This document shows, piece after piece, positions 32,431-45,252 of a stretch of 64,000 nt of DNA. A program made the position numbers and the translations under genes. The notes below the pieces were generated by a model. It was not told the origin of the DNA. It saw nothing but the letters and a program-made list of their open reading frames with translations, and made no database searches. This stretch comes from the human T2T-CHM13v2.0 reference genome, Homo sapiens: NCBI RefSeq assembly GCF_009914755.1, contig NC_060936.1; one strand, 5' to 3'. Position 1 is the stretch's first letter. Each line of letters starts with the position of its first letter.

Positions 32431-32949
32431 TCTTCTAAAATACTGCAACATATAAATTAACCTGATGAATGTCATTGTTTTAGGCCTGTTCTGAAGAGGT
32501 GGTAAAAATAAAGTGTGAAATCTATACCTCACTATCTATGACTGAATCTATTCAGGTCTTGACTTTGGCAGTCATCGGCATTCACCTTGAGCAAGTGCTG
32601 AATAAATATCCCATTAAGATAAGAGAGCTGTAGATCTTGGCCTTGCAATTAAAATTTGTACTGGGAAGTTTGCAAGGCTAGATGGATGGGAAGAGCAGAA
32701 AGATAAATAGTAAAGAATACTGAACTTGCTATAGGCAGCAACTACGCTGTGGTGTGAATAGCATGTGTATGTGTATATGTTTGTGTATGTTGGTCTAAGG
32801 TATAGGTGTAAATCGTTGGGAGCTATACAAATCGAAAATGTTTCCTTACCCTGGTGTCCTGGGGTATTGAGTAATTGCAATGGCCTTGAACTTGTAGGGC
32901 ATAGCCCCATTTTATCTTTACTTTTATTAGTATGTCAGTGGATATAGTA

Positions 32950-33340
32950 AGGGCAAAATAATACTAGGGGTGAGAGATGATGGCATCTTGAAGTTGGTGA
33001 TACCAGAGAAGAGTGAAAAGAGAGTGGTTTCAAGATAAGGGGAAAGTGTAGAAGTTGCCAAGGATAATGTGTAGGTGGTAGTGTCACTTACTGAGATAGG
33101 GAACACTGGAAGAAAACCATATTTGGTTGGGGTGAGGTGGGATCATTAAGATTATGGATTCTTTATATGTCCAATTGGAGAGGTCAAGTGTAAACTATTA
33201 GATGTATGGCTAGAACTCAGGGAGACGTCTGGGCTAGAGACATGAATTTGTGAGTCATCTGTATACAGGTAACTAACACTGTGGATAGTGTCCAAAGCTC
33301 CTAGAGAAAGCATTGAGTGAATAGACAAGAGGGCCCCATG
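32950..33340 (-). mobile_element. L2 fragment
   Basis: ACTGAGATAGGGAACACTGGAAGA...TCTGGGCTAGAGACATGAATTTGTGAGTCATC. Confidence 0.7.
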
Positions 33341-36300
33341 GCTAGATAATAATTAATTTGTGAAGGAGAAGGAATAAGCTATAAATAGGAGACACACTGA
33401 AAAAAATCCAGTGTTGGGAAAGAGACTTTTGATAAAAGAAAAATTGTAAGAGATAAATTATAGATTAACAGATCATGGAGTCATTAATTAAACAATCGGT
33501 GAACTTTTTTTTTTCCTGTGCTAGGTAACATTTAAAAACGGAGACTGTAAAGACTATTAAGACTCCAATAAGCTTACGTCTTTGACATAGCTTTCCTGAG
33601 TTGAGTCAGGAACTGGTTGTAAATTATCCATGTTAGCTGTTAGCTGTTTCTTCCTCATGTCTTCTAGTCTTTTATTTTTGTCATTTCTCTGCTTCTAACA
33701 CTTTTATCAGAAATGAGCCAGGAATAAGGAAAGGAAGTTATAGCAAAAGTGCTAGTTTTTCTGGTTTCTCCTTGGTGCTAATAAATACTTCATGGCGTAG
33801 AAATAAAATTCTGGGGAACCTCAGTGGCTTTTGAAAGTCCGTTTTTTGTTTTTGTCACCAAATATCATAAGTTGGTGTTAACTTAAACTTGACTACAAAA
33901 TATCTAGCTATGGTCTACACTAGATATAGCCAGATACATCAGTCTTTAGGAAAAGGAAAAGGGGAAAAAGACATTATGATCAGTTACATAGTATTTTAAA
34001 ATAATTCAAGCAAATATAATGCATCAAGAACAAGAAGCTAATATTATTGAGGAAGCAATATACACTTGCCAACTATTTAGCATTACAATGTCTTTTTATG
34101 TTCAAAACCACCTAACATTTAGAAGAGAGCAACAATGTGAAATTAAATATAGAATCATACACAACAGTGTCCCATTAACAAAAACAGTTATTTTACCTCC
34201 TCAAATGATTGTTACCCTGGAGGAAGAAAAGTCTCAATATATCATCAATCTAATATTGTTTCGCTGGGAGAGAATAATGTATAAACTCAGATTAATTTGA
34301 AAATGCTTTTATTTAGAGAGAAAACAGGATTCCTTTTCTGAGTGTTCCTTTTTATTATTGAGAAATGACTTCTATTTTAATGTATCTTGACTCATATTGA
34401 CTAAACATTATTTAGAATTATGGTTTTCAGACTTTCTATTGTATCATTTGGTATGAAATGACATTATGCAATTAAAAAAGAACTGGCAAGCATATGACCT
34501 AAATAAAATACACCATCTTGCTGTCCCTACACCAGAGACAGAGCCAGGTCTAACATTAGGTGCCATGGAGGTAGCAAAAACCTCTCTTCTGGAATGGAAG
34601 GTTTACCCCAATGCTCTATGCTCCAGAATATCTTCATGCTTGACTCCTGTCCTCAACCAGCCTTTGAACTATACATTTTCCTTTACTCACTCCTTTGAAT
34701 TAAAAATACTAATGTATGAATATTATCTTGGAGTGATAACATATAAAGTATTTTTTTAAGGTAAGGTACTTCATTATTTCCTGGGAATGAGACATGTGGA
34801 TATAGGAAATAGCCAATTAAACACGCAGCACTATGTAAGCCATCTTGGATGATACAAAGGTAATGTATTTGTTTCATGTCCTCAGGCAACTTATATTCTT
34901 ATTATAAACTATACAAAATTTAAAAAGAGGCTTAACTTTGTGAAGATACAGAAGAAAGTAAAACCTAGGAAAACAATGTGCTGTAAACAAAGAGGAAATT
35001 GATCAAAAGATATCATAAATTTGAGCTAGATATTTTAAGGACCTCTTAAGGAAAACAAACAAAAAAGAAAACATGTACCCTATTCAGGAACTTCAAAATT
35101 CCACCGAAGTGGCCCATGGATTTCTCTTCCCTTGTGTTTAGCAATATTATTACTTTTTTCCTCCGAACTAGTCATTTATTTTTTATGTTTCACTTATTTT
35201 CATCCATGATTTGTCTATCTGAAAAGCAGACTTCCAGGTGGAATATCCTGTGGAGCTTTTTTCATCTTAATGCTTGATACATATCAGAAAACTGTCCAAC
35301 CAAGAGTCTCAGTCAACCTTGACCCAACAGAAGTGTTAGAACTGTATACTTGAGAGTTGCCCTTGTGCGTGGGCCTGCTTGTACGTTAGCAGAAAGAGGC
35401 CTCCTTGTCAAATAATGCTTTTTCCTATGCTCTTGGCAACTGGGAAATTACTTCAGCTAGTCTAGATGAGCATAGACTGATAAATAAGCAACTTCTTTTT
35501 TTCTTTTTTCACCCTCCTTCCCCCCACCCAGAGCTCTGTCATCTGGTGCTCCTAACCAGCTGTGCTTTGGTTCATTATCCGGCTGAGTCTTACACTTATC
35601 TGCAAGACTGACTCTTAAATGCTCTGCACAGTGTCATTCTGGATGTCTGCAGTTACTAATGAGAAGTCAGACAACCAGCGAGTCAGAACATTTCAAGAAC
35701 GCTTGGAGAAAAACAGTTAAAGAAAAATCACTTGGGTAGAAGATAGAAGTTCACTATGTTTTGATTTGATTTGGCTGAGATAGTATGCTATTAAATTATC
35801 CAGCCATCCATATTTGTAGCCAAGTTATTTTTTGTGGTAGCTAAATCTAAAAGGAATCTGTAATATATAGACATCTTTAAATAAAATCAGCTGCCTTATA
35901 ATTTTTATTGGCTTCAATGAGAGGATAACATAAATAGTATTTTGTTTCTATCATAGAATAGTTATGGAGGCAAAATAGTCAAACATGATTGTAGTTCCTT
36001 CTAATTATATAATTGCTATTATATAAACCAATTTCCTTTCTGCTGGTTAAAGAAGAGACTATTTTATAGCAGTTCAACTATGTCACTTGTGTGTTAATAA
36101 AGCACTATTTGTATCATTCAGGATTTACCCATCATTTTATACTCACAAAATTTTAAGCAACATGACCACCATTACCTCTCTATGGATGGTAAGAATTTGA
36201 CCCTTGAAGGAAACCACACAAATTTGCCTTATTCTTAGAGTAAATTTTTATTAAAAACCTATTTTCATATTCAAATCAATTGATGAATATTCTTTTTAGT

Positions 36301-38028
36301 TAGAAAAGATGCTTGTATGTAAGTATTTTTTCTTAGGGAGTATGCATGTCTGGCTTTATTCCCTGAATTGATTTAGAAGGCTTTGCCTGTTTTGGAAGGT
36401 CTACTGCCTTGAATCTGGGTAAATCTGAGATGTTCTCAGACCATCTGTAATCACATTGGTGGAACAGGTTATGTTTTTTAAAAGTAGCACTCCGGTGATT
36501 CTTGCTCACAGCGCTTCATAGCTAAGACTACAGATTTTCTTCTCTTGACTTCTCGGACATGCTAGGAAAGCCAACTTGCTTTAGTGGGTTCAGAAACCCT
36601 GATTCTGTGACATTGGGGAAAATATTGACTATATTTGAGGCTCAATTCTTATTCTGTAAAGTAAGATGTTGAGTGAGATGTTCTTTGAGTTCCCTTTAAA
36701 TTATATAAACATTGTAAAGAGCTGATTAAGCTGACTTTTAATGCTTATTTATGAGGGTTCTTTGAAACAGATGACAGAGGAAAAAGCAGCAAAACTGGAG
36801 GAAGAAAAACCAAAAAATGGAGAATGTGTGGGCAGACCTGAGGGCTGGCTCATCATGGCAGGCAGCCTGGCTCTTGTTCCTCCCTCTGCTTCCGATAACT
36901 TTCCCCATGATATACTCTGAATGATCTCACACCAAGAGGAAAATCTGGGTGTGGGCTGAAAAGCAAGGGGGTGAATTTTACTGGTTGAGAATGCCAAGCT
37001 TAGTCTGAAATTCATTAGTTACTTGAGTGATAGTTAAAATGAGGGAACAGTAGGTCAGAGGGGCAGTAGAGAAGACAGGCAGAGGTGTCTAGTCATCCAG
37101 AGTTCACCTTTAAGGTCAGCTTATGCAAAAGTTTACCAAAATCAACAACCAACCAAGGTTTAGTTATATCATTTATATGGTTAACATATAATCACACCCC
37201 TAGAACATATGCCTCTCCCTAAAAAAGGTGCTCAGAGAATTTTATCTCTTTTAAATTTGTATCCTAACCACTTTTTCACTGTGTATGTGTATGTTTCTTA
37301 TAAAATCACCTGGAGACCAATAGAGTCCCAAATAACTCTACCTGCTAGCTTAGGCACCTCTCCTTCATGGCTCTATGTCTCCTTTAGCTCTGTGTTTGCC
37401 ACAGTACATTGCAGTGGTTTGCCTTTATTTCACTGCCCTTCAACAAGAGAAGTCCCTCAAGGGCATAAATTAAACCATATTTATTATGCTTTCCCAGAAC
37501 TAAAACTGCTCCCAGCTCAGCATGGGCCAGACATGGAGCTAGGGGCAGGAGATGGGAAACGCAGGTCCAACCTTAGGTGCTTATAGTTCGGTGGGGGAAT
37601 CAGGGGTAAAAATGTATACAATGTTAAATACTGTAGTAAATGTGGTCCAGGGTTCAGTAAGGAGTCAAAAAAGATTTGATTGTAAGGATGGAAGAATGAG
37701 AGAGAGTGATTGTAGAGGAGCTTGCTTAATAATCACTAAGCACTAGACTTTTTCCATCATCACAAGATATGACATCACCAGGATGAGAAATGCCAAATTA
37801 GAGGGTCAATTTTCTTACTTTCAAGGTAGTGATGAGGCTTTGTAGTTCCTGCACAGGTGCAACATAAAAAGTATTTAAGAAGTTGAATAGGCACTAGCCC
37901 ACTCGACCCTGCCTCCAACTGTGTGCCTTATACTCCAAACTGGGTCCACCTGTAGCCTCTGTCCACACAGTCTGTTCTCTCTAACTGGAAATGCTTCTCT
38001 CCAGTTCTCTAAGGATTTCCCACACATC

Positions 38029-38538
38029 TGTGATAGATTAAAGATGGCTGCAAATCTTTGCTACTCCTTTCATTGAGAGATGGGATCTATATTCCTTCAC
38101 ATCGAATCTGGCTAGGCTCTGTGAATGCTTAACCACTAGAACAGGACAAGCCCAGGCCTCAGAGACTTGCAGCTTCCACTTCCTACTACTTGGAAAGCAG
38201 GTGCTGGAGGAAGCCAGCTGCTGTGAATTGATCTGACTACCCTGAGACTGCCATGCTGGTGTGAAGCCCAAGCCATGTGGAGAAGCCCTGGAGAATGAGA
38301 TGCTGTGTGAAGAGAAGGAGAGTCTGAGGAACACCGAGATACTAGACAGGCAAGTGAGGGACCTTCTGGGAAGTGGATCCTTCAGCCTCAACTGCCTCCA
38401 TGGACACTGTGTGGATCAAAGATGAACAACCCATCTGAGCCCTTCCTGAATTCCTCACCAACACATCAGGAGCAAAATAAGATGAGTGTTTTAAGGCTGT
38501 AAGTTTTGTTTGTCGCACAGAAATAAATATCTGGAACA
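38029..38538 (+). mobile_element. MLT1H-like solo LTR within L2
   Basis: TGTGATAGATTAAAGATGGCTGCAAATC...TATCTGGAACA; TSD ACATC/ATATC. Confidence 0.82.
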
Positions 38539-39299
38539 ATATCCTTCAAGACCTTGTTCACATATTACTGCTTGGGGGAACCAAGCAGTAATTGTTCTGT
38601 TTTGGGGGGCAGAGTGATTTTTTGTCTTATTTTCTCCAAAGTCCCTATGTCCAAAGCAGCAGCAGTGGCTTCCTTTTGTTAAATATCTCCTACATCTCAG
38701 GCACAGCACTTGCTTTTATGCATATATTTCCTTACTGATTTCTCAAAACAAATCTATCAAGATGTCCTCATTATATTGATCAGGAAGTTGGGACTCATAA
38801 TTATTGAAGGTTACGCAATGGTAAGCTGTGGAGCTGGGATCTGGACCCAGTTCTGCGTGGCTCTTTCCATAGCAGTGCACTGTGTTTATTCCACCACTGT
38901 CATTCTAGATAACTATCTGCTTACAGATCTTTCTCCCACACCACACTGTGCAAGGGAGAGTTTCTATTCACTGCAGTGCTTCCCAGCATCTGGCATAGTG
39001 TCTCATGCTCAATAAATGTTCATTGAATGAGTAAACGGCCTGCAGGACAATTTTCAGAGAGTCAAATACAAGGCCCTATTCATGTAGAAACAGAATTGCT
39101 TTCTAGTGAAAAGGTAATAAGTCTCAGCAGTCCTCTGAAATCCAGATGGCAATGCCTACCTCCTCCATCCTGAGAATGTCAGCAATGGTAACATTGCTGA
39201 GTGTTTGGCCAAGGGACTGGCCTATCTTTACTTGAATCTTGAACACACAATACCTCAGCAAGTTCACAGGGAGCCAATATTGTTATCTGCTGTTGGTGT

Positions 39300-39800
39300 G
39301 AGACAACATCTCTTTAATAAATGAGCCAATTCCTAAACAATAGTGAACTCAGTCACCTCTGTGGCGAGTGTATCCTTCTATCTTTTACTGCTAAAGCTAT
39401 GGGAATCAAGAATGCAGGGCAGGTCCTTACTTGAAAGGAGGGAGACAGATAAGCCGCATTAGATAATGCGGCACAGCCTAGATGTAGATAAGATGTTACG
39501 GAGGCTGGACTTTCCAATTTGCTGGTGCTCTCATCCTCATTTATTACGGACGAGAATTTTCCCTGGATCCTCTCAATCTTGCTATTGTTGACATTGTATT
39601 CTGACACTTTATTGGGAGGACTCCATAAGCATTTGCTTACCAGGATTCGGTATAGAATATGTAGGAGAAAACAGCACAGCCTGACTCCTTTTGTAAAAGC
39701 AGAACTGATGTGAGGAATTTCCAAGTAGAGCCAGTTAAATAAAATGCCAGTTTATAGCTTCAATCCTGCCAGATGATCTGAGATAACTTACAAAATGTGC
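39300..39800. promoter_or_regulatory. Candidate enhancer (GATA/SOX/NF-kB-like motifs)
   Basis: AGATAA at 39447, 39461, 39486 and 39781; TAAACAATAG 39334; GGACTTTCC 39507; GGAATTTCC 39714. Confidence 0.35.
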
Positions 39801-41466
39801 CCTCTTCACAAGAATGTTTACATGGAGAAATAGCTGCAATAAATAATGAGCAACTGTCTGAAAGAGAGATTAGACTTCAGGGTGTTACTTTCTGTGTCAC
39901 GCGGGTACCCCTCAGTGTGAAGTTAGGGACCTGTAAATCATTTAGGGGAGGGTAGAGATTTAGTTAATATTGTCCTATATTGAAAGAGAAAAATAAATTC
40001 CCATGATAGGATTTTTACATTTGTTAACGTATTTAATGAAAAAGAAGGATTTTGTGATGGACTGTGTTTTTAAATTCGCTTTCTGTTCCATTCTCTGAAT
40101 ACACCGAGGTTTAATTAAAAAAAAGTATAGTCTTGTAGGGGCAAAGTGGCTATAATCTTGTGGGTTTTCTGATGTGCAGACACTCTTTTGCTGGCCATCT
40201 GAAGGCCTGTACTCTTGTCAATAACATGTCAGCTTTGTACGCCGTCTGAGGAATGTGTTTGAAACTCAAGGGGAAAATATGGATCATCCACTGTTTGTAT
40301 TATATTTCTTTCTTGCATGTCTGTCATTTTCATTGGAACATTCAGTAAAATTAGGTCAGTTATGGTTTTAGTTAGCAATGCAGCTCTTGTGTTGTACACA
40401 AATCATATGATGTTTCTAATTATCTCTGCTTTTTAACATTGATCTGAAACCAAATCCTTAACTATGCATGGCTTAGAGGTGTTTCTCTTTTCCCTTCTCC
40501 TTTTTGTTTTGACTTCTTTCTGGAACTAAAATGAAACTTAATCTTGAAACAGCAAGATATAATAGTTTTGGCTTTATAGGCAGCTTAAAAGTCCAGGGTT
40601 AAGAGGAAAAGAAATGAATAATTATTAGTTATACAGTTGTAAGTGGAAATTTTTGAAGTAATTAATTGGGTGATCCACTACTCTTTTTCTAAAAGTTAAT
40701 GCTGTGCTTATCTTTGAACTTTAGAGCTACTCAGATGGAGCTTTGGAAATCTCAGTGGTCTGTCTCAGGCCAAGAACTCTAGATTATCTGCCTCTTGAGC
40801 TGTGTTCAGTTTCCAAGAGGAGGGAAGCAATTGGAAAGGATTTCCTAAGGTCTCAAAATTTGAGCCTCTATGTGGTTGGCAGAGGGATGAAAGCCTGGGA
40901 CATGCAACATTATGTATAAGGAGAAAATTGGGCATTAAAAAAAAACTAAGTAGCAAAGGGAATGGAATCCCAAAGGGACATTTTAAAAAGCATTTCTCTA
41001 TTGGCCTTTAAAAACAGGATGGATCCCCCTCAGTCTAGTTTATCAGTTGCTACATCAAACAAACTGTACAGAGTGACTCAAGGCAGGGACTGAAGACTTC
41101 CAAATGCTTTCAAATCTGCCACTCTGTGAAAAGACAGAAAAACCTTCAGTGTCACTTTGGTGGCCCTTTGGGACTGGTTGTTGGTAGTGTTCTCATTAAG
41201 GGTATTGTGCATGGAAGATTCTTGGAAGCAGAGAGAAGCTGCACCAGAGGAAAAGAAACAATTTCATTTATGATCCATCTGCTTTTCCCCTTCTTCTTCC
41301 CTAACATTTATTGAATACTTAGTAGGTGCTGAGTGCTATGACAAACTGTAGGAATTAGCTAAGAAAAAAGAGTAGGAGATGGTTCTTGCCCTCTAGGAGC
41401 CCACACTCTGGTGAAGGGAGGTATATGTGTGAACAAATTACGATGATGAGGTCTGACACAGATACT

Positions 41467-41894
41467 GTGCTTGGCTGAATTGTGTTCCACAAAAAGATAT
41501 GTCCAAGCCCTAACCCCAAGTACCCATAAATATAAAGCTATTTAGAAATAGGATATTTGCAGATGTAATGAAGGGTCTCACGATGAGATCATCCTGGATT
41601 TAGGATGGGCCCTCAATCTTTTACTGTGTCCTTATATAAGAAAGGAGAGGAAAATTTGAGACACAGAGACACACAGAGGTTATGTGATGATCAGGGAAAG
41701 AGACTGGAATTATGCAACCCCAAAAGGTGGCCAGAGGTCACAAGCTGGAAATTGGCAAGGAAGATTCTCCCTCAGAGCCTCCAGGAGGAACCAACCCCAC
41801 CACCCCCTTGATTTTAAATTTCTGGCCTCCAGAACTGTGAGAGCATTAATCTCTTGTTTTAATTTGCTACAGGAGCCTCAGGAAATTCTTATAG
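41467..41894 (+). mobile_element. MLT1C-like solo LTR
   Basis: GGCTGAATTGTGTTCCACAAAAAGATATGTCCAAG...TCTGGCCTCCAGAACTGTGAGAG. Confidence 0.8.
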
Positions 41895-42158
41895 GTATAC
41901 ATAAAATACTGTACCAGAAGGAGAAAGGAGCAACTGTGTCTAAGTTTCAGGGAAGGTGTCCCAGAGAAGGTGCTATTTAGGGTCTTGACAGAACAGCTTG
42001 CCAGTTGCACAAAGGTGTGAAGGACAATACAGGTGGAAGAGACATAATGGCAAATTCAAAGTTAATAAGCAGATGTCTTCAGCAAATGCTGTGTAATTCA
42101 GTGTCACGGGAGTACAGGATGTGATATGGAGAATAAGAGAAAATTAAAAATTGCAGCA

Positions 42159-42792
42159 GGCTGTGTGCGATGGCTCATGCCTGTAATCCCAGCATTTTGG
42201 GAGGCCAAGGCAGGAGTATCGTTTGAGTCCAGGAGTTCAAGACCAGCCTGGGCAACATGACGAAGCCCCATCTCTACAAACAAACAAACAAACAAACAAA
42301 CAAAAACCATAAAAATTAGCTGGTGTGACCAGGTGTGGTGGCTCATGCCTGTAATCCCAGCACTTTGGGAGGCTGAGGCAGGCAGATCATTTGAGGTCAG
42401 GAGTTTGAGACCAGCCTGGCTAACATGGTGAAACCCCATCTCTACTAAAAATATAAATATTAGCCAGGCGTGGTGGCAGGTGCTTGTAATCTCAGCTATT
42501 CAGGAGGCTGAGGCAGGAGAATTGCTTGAACCCGGGTGACAGAGGCTACAGTGAGCTGAGATTGTGTCACTGCACTCCAGCCTGGGTGACAGAGTGAGAC
42601 TTTGTCTCAAAAAGAAAAAAATTAGCCAGCATGGAAGCGCATGCCTGTTGTCCCAGCTACTTGGGGAGGCTGAGGTGGGAGGATTACTTGAGCCCTGGAG
42701 GCAGAGGTTGCAGTGAGCTGAGATTGTGTCACTGCGCTCTAGCCTGTGCTATAAAGCAAGGCTTTGTCTCCAAAAAAAAAAAAAAAAAAAAA
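42159..42792 (+). mobile_element. AluJ with an AluS (42327-42616) nested at its linker/right-arm junction
   Basis: Left arm, (CAAA)n, a complete AluS, then the right arm and poly(A); 16-bp TSD at 42311-42326 and 42617-42632. Confidence 0.92.
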
Positions 42793-42849
42793 TTCAGTAA
42801 AATCGTGAAGGCTCTGTATTGTATACTGAGGAGAATTGGACTTTTATCT

Positions 42850-43153
42850 AGGCTATTTGTCCTTAACTTCTATGCCACAGTGCAGTGTGCCCAGGAGATA
42901 TGTTGCAAGTAATTTATTATGAATACTAAAATGCTGAAATTTTCTAAAATGATTAGTTTTGCTCTCAACTAGAGAACACTTGAAGTTATTTTGATACATA
43001 AGTCTTCCTTCACTTTTATTTTGATGTGTTTCTTCAGTGGAAAAGAAAAAGGAGGGGTTATGGCAAACATTCAGTGAATTATATAGAAAGTGACCCATTA
43101 GTGCATATGAACATCTGTTCTAAGTGTGGTAGAAAACTGGTTGAGAATCACTG
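42850..43153. mobile_element. Possible hAT-Charlie DNA transposon relic
   Basis: Ends in GGTTGAGAATCACTG, a Charlie-type TIR; it interrupts an L2. Confidence 0.35.
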
Positions 43154-43154
43154 C

Positions 43155-43830
43155 TTCAGGCAATAAGGACCAGAGGAAACTTTGAAGTCAAACGGTGGGA
43201 AGAAGATGATTTTGACTTTTCAGGATGATAACTTTGAAGGTAATGTTGAGAATGGACAAAAATTGAGATATGTTTATCCCAGGGAGCTGGTTACAGTACC
43301 TGTGACCTGAATCAGTGGCAGTTGTGATCTTAGATAGTGGCTTTGTGGATGGACAAGTAAGGAGGGCTCAAGAAATCTTTCTGAGATAGAAATGACTAGT
43401 CCATGTGATGAGGATCATTTCTTCAAAGCTTGGAAGAGTGGATAGATGATGATGTCATTGACTGATTAGGGAATAGGGAGAAAGAATAAGTTTGTGAGAG
43501 AAGACCATGAGTTCAAGTTTGGGCATATTTGGTTTGAATTGACTGTAGCATATCCAAGAAGAGGTGCCTGGTTTATTGTAGAAGATAGAGTACTGGGAAT
43601 TATCACCCATTATGGGGTTTGATTTCATGGTGGGAAACCACTCAGTTGAGGAAAGCTGTTTATGGTACAACCCTTAGAAGAGGGCCATGATCGAAGCTTT
43701 GCAGAAACATGTCATTACAGGAGACAAAAGACAATGTGTCAGTGAAGTGTCCTGAGAAAGAATGACTGTTTATATACATAAGGATAGGAGAGAAACAAAA
43801 AAATAAGACTCTCTTGAAAACCAAGGGAGA
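43155..43830 (-). mobile_element. L2 fragment
   Basis: GAGTTCAAGTTTGGGCATATTTGGTTTGAA...CATATCCAAG, purine-rich. Confidence 0.65.
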
Positions 43831-43835
43831 GCAGG

Positions 43836-44295
43836 TATATTTGCCTTCTAGGGCTGCCATAACAAATTACTGCAAACTGGTGGCTTAAAACAACAGAAAT
43901 GCATTCTTTTACAGTTCTGGATGCTAGAAATCCTAAATCACAGTGCCAGCAAAGCCACATTCTCTCCAAAGGCTCTAGGGGAGAATTTTCCCCTGCCTCT
44001 TCAGCTTTTGGTGGCTTCTGGTGTTCCTTGGCTTGTGGCTGAGCAACTTCAACCTCTGCCTCCATATTTACATGAGCTGCTTCTCTTTGTCTTTGTGTCT
44101 CAAATCTCCCTCTTGTTTTCCTTATAAGGAAATCAGTCATTGGACTTAGAGCCCATCCTGAATGCAGGATGATTTCATGTTAAGATCCTTAATTGTATCT
44201 GCAAAGACCCTATTTCCAAATGAGGTTATGTAAACAGGTGCCAGGGGTTAGGACTTGGATATATGTTTTTGTGGGACACAATTCAAACCACTACA
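43836..44295 (-). mobile_element. MLT1C-like solo LTR
   Basis: CTAGGGCTGCCATAACAAATTAC...GGGACACAATTCAAACCACTACA; TSD GCAGG/GTAGG. Confidence 0.88.
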
Positions 44296-44829
44296 GTAGG
44301 TCATAGCAAATGTCAGGGAAATGACTGGATATACAATTGGATTAGACAATCAGTAAGGAGATTATTAATACCTTGAATCAGAAAGTTTCAGGTAATAATG
44401 TGCTAGAAGTCAAACTAAGAGGTCAAACAACCAATGGGAAAATTATTACTCCTTCAAGATATTTACTCAGCTCATGTCTTGAGAGACCTGAAGTCATTGA
44501 TAGGGTCTAGTGTTTCTCTAGAAGGAGGTAACATCAAAAATTCAACAGGTGTGATAAACCAGTTCACAAATGACTTAGCAGAGGACCAGAAATGTTAAGT
44601 AACTTGCCCAAGGTCATATAATTGCAGTTCGGCCTAGAACACAAGATTTCCATCTTCCAGAGCCCTGCTCCAATTTATGTATGTATGTACATATGTATCT
44701 AATTTGAAAAAATACTAAACATTATAAAGTAAAAATTATTCATAATCCCATCACTTTAGAAAATAACCTGACAGGCCTAGAGAGGTTAGTGGTTAGAATT
44801 TTACATTAGGACCGAAAAGGCAAGGGGAA

Positions 44830-44932
44830 TAGGGTGACCATTCATCCCTGTTTTCCTGGACCTGAGAGGTTTTCTGAGACATGAGACTTTAGTGCTAAAA
44901 TTGAGAAAGTCCTGGACAAACTGGTTACTGTA
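44830..44932 (-). mobile_element. MER81 (hAT-Blackjack)
   Basis: TAGGGTGACCA TIR, then GACTTTAGTGCTAAAATTGAGAAAGTCCTGGACAAACTGG. Confidence 0.78.
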
Positions 44933-44939
44933 ATTAAGG

Positions 44940-45252
44940 GAGGGAGTTATTACTGGGAGCCAATGAGAGCTGTGGCCTTTAATAGATGTGGCAGGACAGC
45001 AGCAGAATGTAGCTGCTGATAAACCAAGGCTGGGCAGAAGAAGAAATGGGGGTGGAGAGGTGAGGAGAAATGGATAATATGGATTTGGGGAATAAATAGT
45101 CCCTCCTTTCTCTTCTCCCACCTCTAGGCCGCTGGCTTAACCAGAGGGTAAAGGAGCTCAGGTTTGCAGTCTACTGAGGCCATTCTCCAGGGCACACAGC
45201 AAGACAGAGAAGGGCTGAGAATGGATCTGGAAGACCAAGCAGCCAATAACCA
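44940..45252 (-). mobile_element. LTR33/LTR41-like ERVL LTR fragment
   Basis: GGGCACACAGCAAGACAGAGAAGGGCTGAGAATGGATCTGG and GGGGAATAAATA. Confidence 0.55.

Noticed and set aside
39353-39724. 123-aa minus-strand ORF
   Set aside because: Non-ATG start, no recognisable domain, length attainable by chance
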